A DNA stretch of 47,184 nt from a candidate division WOR-3 bacterium (GCA_965649215.1 CBFGJZ010000002.1:9150-56333), one strand, 5' to 3'; numbered from the stretch's first letter, positions 10,411 to 19,580 are shown. Notes: generated from the letters alone by a model not told the origin. Numbers and translations are program-made.

Positions 10411-11781
10411 ATGAATAAACATATTTTTAGAGAATATGATATTCGTGGTATTGCTGATGTTGATTTAACCAATGATGTTGTCGTGGCAATTGGTAAGGGT
10501 TATGGAACTTATGTCCAAAATCTGGGTATCAAAGAGTTGCTAATTGGTCGTGATGTGCGATTATCAGGCGAACGGATTCGACAGGCATTAATTGATGGTA
10601 TTTTAAGTACTGGTTGTGATGTGATTGATTTAGGTATTGTGCCAACACCGGTTTTTTATTTCTCGGCTTTTCATTACGATAAGAACGCAGGCATGATGAT
10701 TACGGGTAGTCACAATCCCAAAGAGTTCAATGGTTTTAAGATCGGACTTAATAAAACAACAATTTATGGACAAGAGATTCAGAAACTACGCGAGTTAATC
10801 GAAAGCGAAGATTTTAAGAGTGGGCATGGTAAATTGTCTTACTTAAATCCGATTCCCGCTTATATTGCCATGATTCTTGAAAAAGTTAAGATTAAAAGTG
10901 GTCTGAAAGTTGTTTTTGACCCTGGGAACGGCACGGCCGGCTTTGTGATTGAAGAATTGTTTAATAAAATGGGCATTGAGCCGGTCTTTATCAATTTAGA
11001 GCCCGACGGTAATTTTCCTAATCATCTACCTGACCCAACGATTCCTGAATATATGCAGGATTTAAAGAGTTTAGTTGTGGAATTACATGCTAATTTGGGT
11101 ATTGGTTATGATGGTGATGCTGATCGAATTGGAGCAATTGATGATGATGGCGAGATTGTTTGGGGTGATAAGCTTTTAGCGATATTTGCTCAAGATATTA
11201 TCAAACGTAAAGGCAATGCGAAAATTGTCTTTGAAGTGAAATGTTCGCAAGGACTGATTGAATATATCAAATCAATCGGTGGCACGCCAATAATGTGGAA
11301 AACGGGTCATTCTTTAATTAAGGCAAAGATGAAAGAAGAGAATGCTAGTCTTGCTGGTGAGATGTCCGGACATATGTTTTTTAGCGATGATTATTATGGT
11401 TTTGATGATGCGATTTATGCATCCGCACGTCTTTTGAAAATTGTCTCTGAAGCCGACCAGAGTCTTGCTCAAATGGTTGAGCAAATTCCGTTTTATTACT
11501 CAACTCCCGAGATTCGCATTGAGTGTCCGGATGAATTAAAATTTGAAGTCACGAAGGTAATTCGTGAGCATTTTCAAAAGAATTATGAAATTATTGATAT
11601 TGATGGGGTACGAGTGATTTTCAGTGATGGATGGGGGTTAGTGCGAGCATCAAACACACAGCCAGTTTTGGTCTTACGCTTTGAAGCCAAGAGTGAAACG
11701 AGATTACAAGAGATTCAACAGATGTTTTATGAGCAATTAGCAAAGTTTCCGAATGTAAAAATTGCTCAATGTAATTATTAA
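10411..11781 (+). CDS. Phosphomannomutase/phosphoglucomutase (AlgC-like)
   Basis: IFREYDIRG, phosphoserine loop TGSHNP, metal loop DGDADR, GEMSGH, RASNTQP. Confidence 0.95.
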   Translation: MNKHIFREYDIRGIADVDLTNDVVVAIGKGYGTYVQNLGIKELLIGRDVRLSGERIRQALIDGILSTGCDVIDLGIVPTPVFYFSAFHYDKNAGMMITGSHNPKEFNGFKIGLNKTTIYGQEIQKLRELIESEDFKSGHGKLSYLNPIPAYIAMILEKVKIKSGLKVVFDPGNGTAGFVIEELFNKMGIEPVFINLEPDGNFPNHLPDPTIPEYMQDLKSLVVELHANLGIGYDGDADRIGAIDDDGEIVWGDKLLAIFAQDIIKRKGNAKIVFEVKCSQGLIEYIKSIGGTPIMWKTGHSLIKAKMKEENASLAGEMSGHMFFSDDYYGFDDAIYASARLLKIVSEADQSLAQMVEQIPFYYSTPEIRIECPDELKFEVTKVIREHFQKNYEIIDIDGVRVIFSDGWGLVRASNTQPVLVLRFEAKSETRLQEIQQMFYEQLAKFPNVKIAQCNY

Positions 11782-11823
11782 TATGGGTAAGACAAGTTGT
11801 GAATTATTCATAAAGTATCTGAT

Positions 11824-12597
11824 GTGAAAAAGGCACCTCAATTACAATTACAGAAAGAAATTAATCCATCTTTGTCCCGCATAAGTAAAATTGCTCATCT
11901 TTTTTTACGCAAAGCCATTTCTAAACATCAACTTGTAGATGATAAAGAGAAAGTTTTAATTGCTGTTTCTGGCGGTATTGATAGTTTGGTGCTTACCCAT
12001 CTTATAGCTAATTATAATCAAAGAAGGGATAAACAATGGGATATTTTAGCAGTTCATATTAATCCTCAATTTCCCCAATGGCGAACCAAACCACTAGTAA
12101 AATTCTTTGAAAATTATCGTATAAATTATCTGATTTCAGAAATTGAGATATCAAAAATCATAAATGAGATAGGCGAGCATCGTAAATTAAGTCCCTGTTA
12201 TCTTTGTGCCCGAGAACGACGCAAACGACTTTTTGAAATTGCAGAAGAATATAAAATCAAAAAGATTGCTTATGCCCATCATTTAGAAGATGTCAATGAA
12301 ACTTATTTAATGAATTTACTGTTCAGTTCCAAAGCATCAACTTTTAGTCCAAAACAAAGTTTTTTTCAAGACCATTTTTTTGTGATTCGTCCCCTTTATT
12401 ACTTTGACAAAAATATGATTTTACAGTATAGTAATATCTATGGTATTAAAGCAGTTCAGAATCGATGCCCTTATGCTAAAAAGAATGAGCGTTATTTGGT
12501 CAGAAAGTTTCTTGAGAAACTTTACCGTAAAGATCCACGGATTAAAACCAATTTTTTCTGGGGTATCAAAAATCTTAAATTTGAATATTTGCCCTAA
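11824..12597 (+). CDS. TtcA/TtuA-family tRNA thiolation ATPase
   Basis: PP-loop AVSGGIDS, CYLC, AHHLED, IRPL, RCPY. GTG start. Confidence 0.8.
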   Translation: MKKAPQLQLQKEINPSLSRISKIAHLFLRKAISKHQLVDDKEKVLIAVSGGIDSLVLTHLIANYNQRRDKQWDILAVHINPQFPQWRTKPLVKFFENYRINYLISEIEISKIINEIGEHRKLSPCYLCARERRKRLFEIAEEYKIKKIAYAHHLEDVNETYLMNLLFSSKASTFSPKQSFFQDHFFVIRPLYYFDKNMILQYSNIYGIKAVQNRCPYAKKNERYLVRKFLEKLYRKDPRIKTNFFWGIKNLKFEYLP

Positions 12598-12619
12598 ACC
12601 AATAAACGAAAGGTAGCAT

Positions 12620-13054
12620 ATGAAAGAAAAAAATCGTTTACGATTATTGTTTGTATTATTATTTAGCAGTGTGATTATTGCGTTAGGATTAATTTCAGTT
12701 ATTGTTGCAATGTCAATGACTATTAAACAATTACGACAAGAAAATAAAATGCAGAACGATAAAATTTGGACTTTACAGCAAAAAGTTGATAGTTTAATTC
12801 CTGTCTATACTGAAAAACAAGAGAAGATAATTAAGACGATTGTCGGTAATCCTGATATTAAAAAACTAATTAAAAGTAAAGCAGTGTTAGGTGGCAATTG
12901 GGGTGTGTGGTCAGAAAAGAATATTAAGTTTATTACAGAAGACCGATTCTTGGCAATCTTTGACGACGGTCATTTAATGGGGGCAATGATTATTCGCGCC
13001 ATAAATCCTGACGATATTAAAACTTGGAAAGTGTTGTGGAGTACGGTCTTTTAA
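12620..13054 (+). CDS. Hypothetical membrane-anchored protein
   Basis: 144-aa ORF with SD-like AAAGGT, an N-terminal TM helix, a coiled-coil-like stretch and a C-terminal AVLGG...FDDGH segment. Confidence 0.75.
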   Translation: MKEKNRLRLLFVLLFSSVIIALGLISVIVAMSMTIKQLRQENKMQNDKIWTLQQKVDSLIPVYTEKQEKIIKTIVGNPDIKKLIKSKAVLGGNWGVWSEKNIKFITEDRFLAIFDDGHLMGAMIIRAINPDDIKTWKVLWSTVF

Positions 13055-13204
13055 GAATGTCAATACAAAATAATTTATCATAAAATAAATGTTTTGTGAA
13101 AATAATTATAATTCTCGTTGGTGGGATAAGAGTAAAATAAAGTTATTGGGTCAAACAAATCTTTAATTGTCAGACAGATTAATAGTTTTGAGCCAGGAGT
13201 CGGC

Positions 13205-13432
13205 GTAATCTAATTGGTTGTCTTCCTCATAATCATTTAGATTACTCTTGAGGCGGTGCTTTTAGCAGTCTTATGGGTTATCCTTTCGGTTGTCCTCTGG
13301 ATGACCCGTCGGATATCCCAGGGGATAGCCCCCAGGTTAACCTTTTCGACTACCGAATCGGCAAAACTCTCGGTTGCTAAATAGGTTGCCGAATATATAA
13401 CCTATTGAATTGGATAATAGACGACAGCCAAA
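13205..13432. repeat. 12-bp-period array, copy 1: 19 in-phase units of degenerate palindrome GRYNRYC plus variable 5-nt spacer
   Basis: Units from 13205: gtaatctaattg gttgtcttcctc ataatcatttag attactcttgag gcggtgctttta gcagtcttatgg gttatcctttcg gttgtcctctgg atgacccgtcgg atatcccagggg atagcccccagg ttaaccttttcg actaccgaatcg gcaaaactctcg gttgctaaatag gttgccgaatat ataacctattga attggataatag acgacagccaaa. Hand counts: pos1 purine 18/19, pos2 pyrimidine 19/19, pos4 purine 18/19, pos5 pyrimidine 17/19, pos6 C 13/19, pos12 G 14/19. Confidence 0.85.
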
Positions 13433-13531
13433 CAGGTCAGGTAAAGTTATGGTTTGAAAATTTAAGTGGATATCAAAAATATCATGTATTATTTGAGGGA
13501 TATTTTAATATAATTATTTTACTGACTTCAT

Positions 13532-14022
13532 TTATTCCCTTAGATGTTCTAATATTTGCAGTATTCTAAAAAAAGGATTACCTTCATCATTTGTTCTTTT
13601 ACTTGCTTCTTCTTTTAACTCATTAATGCAATTAGTATAATGTTTATTTATTATTAATTGTAGGTTACTAATTTTATTGAGGTTTGCGTAATATAACCTT
13701 CAGGAACTACTGGTGACCAAAACATAAAAATATGATTCTGGAAATAAGCGAGGTGTTTTCTTGCGTATTCAATTTGTTTTTTATGTTTTCTTTTTATCTT
13801 ATCTACTGTGGTTTTATTATTATTATAAAGTACACCTCTTATGTGAGTAGTAACCTCACAAAGATAAGCAATTTTATTTCTGAAATCTAATCCAATCACA
13901 TCTATTTCGTCTAGCCCTTTTACACCTCCTCCTGGAGGTCTTACATTGTAATCAACAAAATCACACTTTTTAATTATTTTTAGATATGCTCCAACAATAT
14001 ATTCTCCAATATCTGTTTTCAT
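13532..14022 (-). pseudogene. PD-(D/E)xK-like (restriction-endonuclease-fold) protein with a 1-nt frameshift
   Basis: ORF 14022-13654 carries E...EIDVIG...LCEVTT. Restoring one A at ~13683 (minus-strand CAAACC) continues the frame as NLNKISNLQLIINKHYTNCINELKEEASKRTNDEGNPFFRILQILEHLRE to a TAA ending at 13532 (163 aa in total). Confidence 0.7.
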
Positions 14023-14049
14023 TGAGTACCTCTTTCTTTTATAATACCT

Positions 14050-15582
14050 TTATTCCCACTCCATTGTTGCGGGTGGTTTATTTGAGATATCATAGACAAC
14101 CCGATTAACTTCGCTGATTTCATTGGTAATTCGGGTTGAGATTTTCTCTAAAATCTCATACGGAATTTTGACAAAGTTGGCAGTCATTGCATCTTTTGAT
14201 TCGATAATCCTTATCACAATCGGATATTTGTAACTCCTCGCATCACCCTGAATCCCGACGCTTTTAATCGGCAAGAGCACGGCAAATGCCATCCAAACTC
14301 TCTCATATAATCCGACTTTTTTTAATTCCTGTTCAATAATATAACTTGCTTTGCGCACAATCTCAGCTTTTTCTTTGGTTACTTCGCCAACGATTCTAAT
14401 CGCTAAACCAGGACCAGGAAAGACATGTCGTTTGATAATTTCGTCTGAAAGTCCGATTTGTCTGGCGATTTTTCTCACTTCATCTTTATACAGGTTTTTT
14501 AACGGCTCAAATACTTCTAAATACATATTTTTCGGTAGACCGCCAACATTATGATGGGATTTTATGATTGAGGAGTGTTGAGTAATCCCACTTTCAATTC
14601 GATCTGAATAAATTGTACCTTGAATCAAAACTTCTGCTTTTTCCTTTATTGCGACTTCATCAAATACATCAATAAACAATTTACCAATAATCTTGCGTTT
14701 CTTTTCTGGTTCAACAACTCCTTTTAATGCCTTAAAAAATTTATCTGACGCATCAACGATTTTTAAGTTAAGATTGAATTTGGTGAAAACCTTTTTTATA
14801 AACTCAGTTTCTTGATATCTCATTAGACCAGTATCAACATAGACTGCGACTAAATTTTTACCAATCACTTCTTTCACCAAAACTGCCGCAGTAGATGAAT
14901 CAACTCCACCTGATAAACCAATCACCGCTTTTCTATTACCGATGACATCTTTAATTTCTTGTTTAATATTATGAATAACCCGTGAAGTATCCCACTCTCT
15001 TTTTGCCCGGCAAATATCAAAGACAAAGTTTTTTAATACTTGGAGACCGTTTTCCGTATGTGTAACTTCAGGATGAAACTGCACACCGTAAATTTTATTC
15101 TTGTTATCTTCAAACGCGGCGATTGGCGAATTTTTAGTCTTAGCAACAACTGAATAGTTTGATGGTAATTTTTTCACAATATCTTTATGATTCATCCACA
15201 CTAATGCTTTGTTATTTTTGCTTAAACCTTTTAAAATCTTGCTTGATCTTTTTATTATTAGTTCAGTTATGCCATATTCACCAGCTGTACCCGATAAAAC
15301 TTTACCTTTATCAAGATATGCAATTAATTGATGACCATAGCAAATACCGAGAATGGGAACCTGTAATTTAAAAATTTCTTTGTCGCACTTAGGAGATGAT
15401 TTGTCATAAACCGAGGCTGCGCCACCTGAAAGAATAATACCTTTTAGGTTTGGGATGTTTAATAATTCGTCTTTTGTGATGGAGGCAGGTTTAACTTCAG
15501 AATATACGCTTAAATCTCTGATTCTTCTTGAAATCAGATGGCAATATTGACCGCCAAAATCAATTACGATTATTTTATCCAT
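14050..15582 (-). CDS. guaA: GMP synthase (glutamine-hydrolysing)
   Basis: IDFGGQY, ILGICYGHQ, QFHPEV, SGGVDS, IKSHHNVGG, FPGPGLAIR, KPPATMEWE. ATG at 15582 preferred over TTG at 15594. Confidence 0.97.
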   Translation of the reverse strand: MDKIIVIDFGGQYCHLISRRIRDLSVYSEVKPASITKDELLNIPNLKGIILSGGAASVYDKSSPKCDKEIFKLQVPILGICYGHQLIAYLDKGKVLSGTAGEYGITELIIKRSSKILKGLSKNNKALVWMNHKDIVKKLPSNYSVVAKTKNSPIAAFEDNKNKIYGVQFHPEVTHTENGLQVLKNFVFDICRAKREWDTSRVIHNIKQEIKDVIGNRKAVIGLSGGVDSSTAAVLVKEVIGKNLVAVYVDTGLMRYQETEFIKKVFTKFNLNLKIVDASDKFFKALKGVVEPEKKRKIIGKLFIDVFDEVAIKEKAEVLIQGTIYSDRIESGITQHSSIIKSHHNVGGLPKNMYLEVFEPLKNLYKDEVRKIARQIGLSDEIIKRHVFPGPGLAIRIVGEVTKEKAEIVRKASYIIEQELKKVGLYERVWMAFAVLLPIKSVGIQGDARSYKYPIVIRIIESKDAMTANFVKIPYEILEKISTRITNEISEVNRVVYDISNKPPATMEWE

Positions 15583-15612
15583 GATTAGTGACAAACGGTC
15601 ATTACTTAAATA

Positions 15613-16722
15613 TTAATAATATATTTCTTTTATCTTGATATTTCGTTTTGCTATTTCTTCCTTTATATGCTTACAAATCTGCTCATCCATTCCTAATTTT
15701 TCTGGTGCAATAACTCCATACTCAGGATAATTTTTTATTAGTTGAGTGAAAATTGAACCCGAATAAGCAGTCATTCGTGCCATTGAGGTTATCTTATTTT
15801 TTTCATCGTAATAATCAATGCAAAGATATCGTTTACCTTTTCTTTTGCTCTTTATATCAATCAATAGAATCGTTAGGTCTTTGCCATCACCTTGGCTTAA
15901 CTGATCTTTTAGAAAATCTAAAACAAAGTCTTTCGGTTGCACTTTACTATTTGTAAACGGATTGTCTTGGTCAGGTGTGAATCCATAATTAAGTATTTCT
16001 TTGATAAGCCCAGCATGTCCTCTATAGCGAATAGTTTTTTCTTCCATATTTTTTATGTCTTGAAAAGTATGAAGTAAAGTGCGTAAACCATCAGTATAAA
16101 AACATTCTAATTTGCCAATTTTAGGAACGGAGAAATTTTCAATCCCTGTTAGTGCTTCAACTTGGAGGAGTTTATAATTATTTACAATCCTGGCGGGTCG
16201 TGTATATTCTTGAACTAAATCATCAGGTGACCAAGTATATTGATAATTAAAAGGCGGGCGAGGATTCATTGGCAAGCCGCCAACCAGAATTCTTAAACTA
16301 TCAATTTTACCGAATTCACGATATGCTTCACCAACTAAAACATTAGAAAGTCCGGGTGCATAACCCGAATCTGGAATAACGCGGACCTTGTTTTTTTTCG
16401 CCCGTTTGTCAAGTTTGAATGGGTCTTGATTAGAATATGACATATCAGCAATATCAACACCCGCTTCGATCGCGCACTGTATCGTATAAAAGCCGAGATG
16501 AGCCGGCAAAGCACCAAGCACAACATCAAAATCTTTAATAAGTCTTATCAGTTCTTTTTTATTACTAACATCAAAGAGTTTGGTTTTTATGGGTAATAAT
16601 TTTATAACCTTTTTGAGACTATTTTTATTTTTGTCAAGCACTGTAACATCGTGATTATGCTTTGCTAAATCTTGTGCGGCAACTCGACCCTGTAATCCTG
16701 CTCCTAAAATACATATTTTCAT
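15613..16722 (-). CDS. Saccharopine dehydrogenase / lysine 6-dehydrogenase family oxidoreductase
   Basis: Rossmann GAGLQG, DSGYAPGLSN, VGGLP, WSPDDLVQEY, TDGLRTL, KTIRYRGH, SMARMTAY. Confidence 0.88.
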   Translation of the reverse strand: MKICILGAGLQGRVAAQDLAKHNHDVTVLDKNKNSLKKVIKLLPIKTKLFDVSNKKELIRLIKDFDVVLGALPAHLGFYTIQCAIEAGVDIADMSYSNQDPFKLDKRAKKNKVRVIPDSGYAPGLSNVLVGEAYREFGKIDSLRILVGGLPMNPRPPFNYQYTWSPDDLVQEYTRPARIVNNYKLLQVEALTGIENFSVPKIGKLECFYTDGLRTLLHTFQDIKNMEEKTIRYRGHAGLIKEILNYGFTPDQDNPFTNSKVQPKDFVLDFLKDQLSQGDGKDLTILLIDIKSKRKGKRYLCIDYYDEKNKITSMARMTAYSGSIFTQLIKNYPEYGVIAPEKLGMDEQICKHIKEEIAKRNIKIKEIYY

Positions 16723-16729
16723 TTTTAGA

Positions 16730-16757
16730 ATATTAACACAAATGGCCTAAAAATCAA
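16730..16757 (-). promoter_or_regulatory. Putative sigma70-type promoter; leaderless transcript likely
   Basis: Minus strand TTGATT-N16-TAATAT, then 7 nt, then the ATG at 16722. No SD. Confidence 0.5.
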
Positions 16758-16843
16758 GTAGCCTAATATTTTTGAGGTATTGATAAATTTTTTCTGCTAG
16801 CGGCAAAACAACCAGAAAGTTAGAATTTATTTTTAAATATATT

Positions 16844-18151
16844 TTATCCTTTGGTCGCTACGCTTACATTATCAAAGAGAATTGCCGGCATCACTCCGCC
16901 ATAACTGTAATACAAGGTATCACTCACATCAATCACATTTTTCAAAAGTTCATAGATATTGCAAGCAACCATAACGTCTTTGAGTTGTCCTAAGATTTCG
17001 CCATTTTCAACATATAAAGCGGGGTTAGCGCCAATTGAGAGGTCCCCATTTGGAATATTGCCGCTATGAGCACCTAAAGCACCTTCAATGATGATACCAC
17101 GGTCAATTGATCGGATTATCTGTGAGATTGATTTATTGCCTGTTTGATATCGCATATATGATAGAGAAGGACTCGGTTTGATGCTTATGGCATCACTTTC
17201 CCATTGAGCAGTACGATAGCCATGACCGGTTGGTTTAGTATTCATTTTCTGAGCATAATTTAAATCGTAATAAAAGTTTCTTAAAACACCATTTTCAATT
17301 ACATAAAACTTATCTGCCGCGACCCCTTCATCATCAAAACTTCGAGCACCGGGATATTTATCGTCACGTGGATCATCATAAATGGTTATTTTCTCAGAAA
17401 ATATTTGTTCACCCTTTTTATGTGCAATCGGTGAAATTTTTTCATAGACACTTTTACCACTGGTTCCACTGTTAATACGCCAGTTAATGGCATACATTAC
17501 ATTGGGCATAAAGAGCACCTTCATTTTACCACTTTTGGCACTTATTTCTTGGGAGGATAGTTTATAATAGTCTACAATTTCCTGAATTAAATGTGCTGGC
17601 ATCGGATTAAATTTTTTATCGCTAAAGACACGACCGATGCCAGAGGCAGTACCAGGATAAGAGATTGAAGCATAAACACCAAAATGACTTGAAGTATTGG
17701 AGACATCGGTTCCTTGATGATTTAAGATACGGATAGTTTCAGTATAAGTATAAGCAGTTGCTGATACTTCACCGTTAGTAGTTTTAAGTATTTCACAAAT
17801 TCGATTACACTCATCAACCATCTGTTTAGTAGTGATTGTTTCAATCGATGCATCATAAGTGTTGAGTTTGGGTAAATCTTTTGTAAGTGGGAATTCATAT
17901 TCGGCTTTAACACCACCCTGCAGGGAATTTAATGCATTCTTTAACAATTCTTCCCGATTGATTAAATTCCGAGTATACGCAAAGCCAAGTTTACCATCCT
18001 TAATTATTCGGATACTCACACCAGATTGAAATTTTGTGTCAATTTCGTGTAGTTTAGCGTTCTCGAAAGAAACGACATTTTGTTTATTATCTAAACTATA
18101 AATTTCAACTTGGTCGCAGACTTTTTTGGCAATTTCTAATAGTTTTTCCAT
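16844..18151 (-). CDS. tldE: TldE/PmbA family protein
   Basis: Start MEKLLEIAKK at 18151 overlaps the tldD stop (TAATG). SFDDEGV, IENGVL and TGHG present. No HExxH motif. Confidence 0.85.
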   Translation of the reverse strand: MEKLLEIAKKVCDQVEIYSLDNKQNVVSFENAKLHEIDTKFQSGVSIRIIKDGKLGFAYTRNLINREELLKNALNSLQGGVKAEYEFPLTKDLPKLNTYDASIETITTKQMVDECNRICEILKTTNGEVSATAYTYTETIRILNHQGTDVSNTSSHFGVYASISYPGTASGIGRVFSDKKFNPMPAHLIQEIVDYYKLSSQEISAKSGKMKVLFMPNVMYAINWRINSGTSGKSVYEKISPIAHKKGEQIFSEKITIYDDPRDDKYPGARSFDDEGVAADKFYVIENGVLRNFYYDLNYAQKMNTKPTGHGYRTAQWESDAISIKPSPSLSYMRYQTGNKSISQIIRSIDRGIIIEGALGAHSGNIPNGDLSIGANPALYVENGEILGQLKDVMVACNIYELLKNVIDVSDTLYYSYGGVMPAILFDNVSVATKG

Positions 18152-19515
18152 TAGATACCTCCTAAAACTAAACCTTGGGCAATAATATGGGGCGCACCGT
18201 GACAAGAACGAATATTGATTTGTCCCTTACCACAACCACCGCGTTTGGTTAAAACCAAATCATTACCAATCGCAGTGATACCCATTAGTGTTTTATAAAG
18301 ATTACCCGAGATATTGATATCTCTTATCATGTCGCTTTTTTTGCCATTTTTTACAAGATAGCCATACTGAGCACCAAAAGTAAAATTTTCACCCGCAGTT
18401 TGGCCACCTTTGGCATCAAGGATATACAAGCCGTCGCCAAGTAAAGCGAATAAGTCTTCTAAAGTTTTATCTGCTGGTTCAATAAAGATTGTTCCCATCC
18501 GAACAATCGGTGCAAATCGGTAATCTTCAGCTACACAATGGCCTGAAAGTGGTTCTGAAAATTCAGCTGCTGTCCGTCGAGAGTGGAGCCGGCCAACTAA
18601 AACTCCATTTTTCATAAGTTGTGTGCGGCGCGCTTTAACTCCTTCATCATCGTATTTATAAAAACCTAATTGATGAGGGATGGTTGGATCATCAACAATA
18701 TTTAAAATATCGCTACCTAATTTGCTGCCGAGTTTCATCTTTTCTCGCATAGCGGGTAAATTTTCAATGATATCGGCTTCTGAAAAATGACCAAAGGCTT
18801 CATGAGTGAAAACTCCAGCCATACTAGGATTTAAAATGCAATTATAAATACCAGCTTTAATTGGAATCGCTTTTAATAAATCAATGGCAATTTTAGTCCG
18901 TTCTTCAAACTGGGCTTCAGGATTGCGAATTGTATGAAATCCGTCACTACCACCAGTCGCGACTCGGACATTCTGAACCAAGGTTCCATCTTTGGCAATA
19001 ATTTCACCCGCCAATGAAATTGTTATTAAGTCTTCTTGAATTTCTGAACCTTCTGATGAAACAAAAGACTTTTCCCGAATAGTTTCTCGATAAGCAATAT
19101 TGGTGGTAGCAATTTTGTCAAATTTCAGACAAACATTATTAGCTTTACGAGTAATATCTAACTTCTCTTCAATTGAAATTTGCCGAGGGTCTTCTTTTAA
19201 TGGCGGGGTAAATTTATCTTTAATAATTTCTGTTTTTGCGAGCAGAACAGGTTTAGTTTTATTTTTACCAATTAATTTAGCGTTTTCAACAACAAGCTTG
19301 GTTATTCGTTCGGCATCAGACGGTTTAGTGAAGACCGCACTGGCAAAACCACCATCTTTTAATGCTCGAACTACATAACCATCTGTGGAATTAGAAGTGA
19401 TTTGTGATAATTCTCGACCATTAAAAGCAATGACCGTCTCTTTTTTTATTTCATACCGAACATCTGCATAATCCGCATCAATTTGCGATAAAATTGATTT
19501 AATTTTCTCTAGCAT
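18151..19515 (-). CDS. tldD: TldD family metalloprotease
   Basis: HEAFGHFSEAD, YDDEGV, PIVRM, GGCGKGQ. SD AAGGAG. Confidence 0.92.
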   Translation of the reverse strand: MLEKIKSILSQIDADYADVRYEIKKETVIAFNGRELSQITSNSTDGYVVRALKDGGFASAVFTKPSDAERITKLVVENAKLIGKNKTKPVLLAKTEIIKDKFTPPLKEDPRQISIEEKLDITRKANNVCLKFDKIATTNIAYRETIREKSFVSSEGSEIQEDLITISLAGEIIAKDGTLVQNVRVATGGSDGFHTIRNPEAQFEERTKIAIDLLKAIPIKAGIYNCILNPSMAGVFTHEAFGHFSEADIIENLPAMREKMKLGSKLGSDILNIVDDPTIPHQLGFYKYDDEGVKARRTQLMKNGVLVGRLHSRRTAAEFSEPLSGHCVAEDYRFAPIVRMGTIFIEPADKTLEDLFALLGDGLYILDAKGGQTAGENFTFGAQYGYLVKNGKKSDMIRDINISGNLYKTLMGITAIGNDLVLTKRGGCGKGQINIRSCHGAPHIIAQGLVLGGI

Positions 19516-19551
19516 ATTTTCTCCTTATGTAAATACATTTAAATACAATGA

Positions 19552-19580
19552 ATAATAATGATAATTTTATTATTAGTCAA
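19552..19580 (-). promoter_or_regulatory. Putative promoter of tldD-tldE
   Basis: Minus strand TTGACT-N17-TATTAT. Confidence 0.6.

Noticed and set aside
13120-13129. GGTGGGATAA as a DnaA box or a true dif site
   Set aside because: It differs from the DnaA box TGTGGATAA, occurs singly rather than clustered, and lacks a good XerD arm (TTATGTTAAAT).
13205-13432. Array as a CRISPR or TIGR array
   Set aside because: The period is 12 nt with only a degenerate 7-nt core. There are no 23-47 nt identical repeats, no evident 36-nt edge/loop repeat structure, and no cas or Nop-domain gene in the window.
13205-13432. Array as a gene for a 4-aa-repeat protein
   Set aside because: The three frames I translated contain stops (longest open stretch ~54 codons, without ATG), the ORF track lists nothing of 60 aa or more in either array, and the conservation is strand-symmetric.
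13190-13440. GC-rich intergenic block as RNase P RNA, tmRNA, SRP or 6S RNA
   Set aside because: No GAGGAAAGUCC RNase P core, tRNA-like tmRNA ends or SRP loop motif was found. The phased 12-mer pattern explains the block better. An Rfam search would be definitive.
18151-18205. ORF-track upstream starts for tldE (18205), sprA (4303), guaA (15594) and the antitoxin (40376)
   Set aside because: Downstream ATGs have SD sites or TAATG coupling and give family-typical N-termini.
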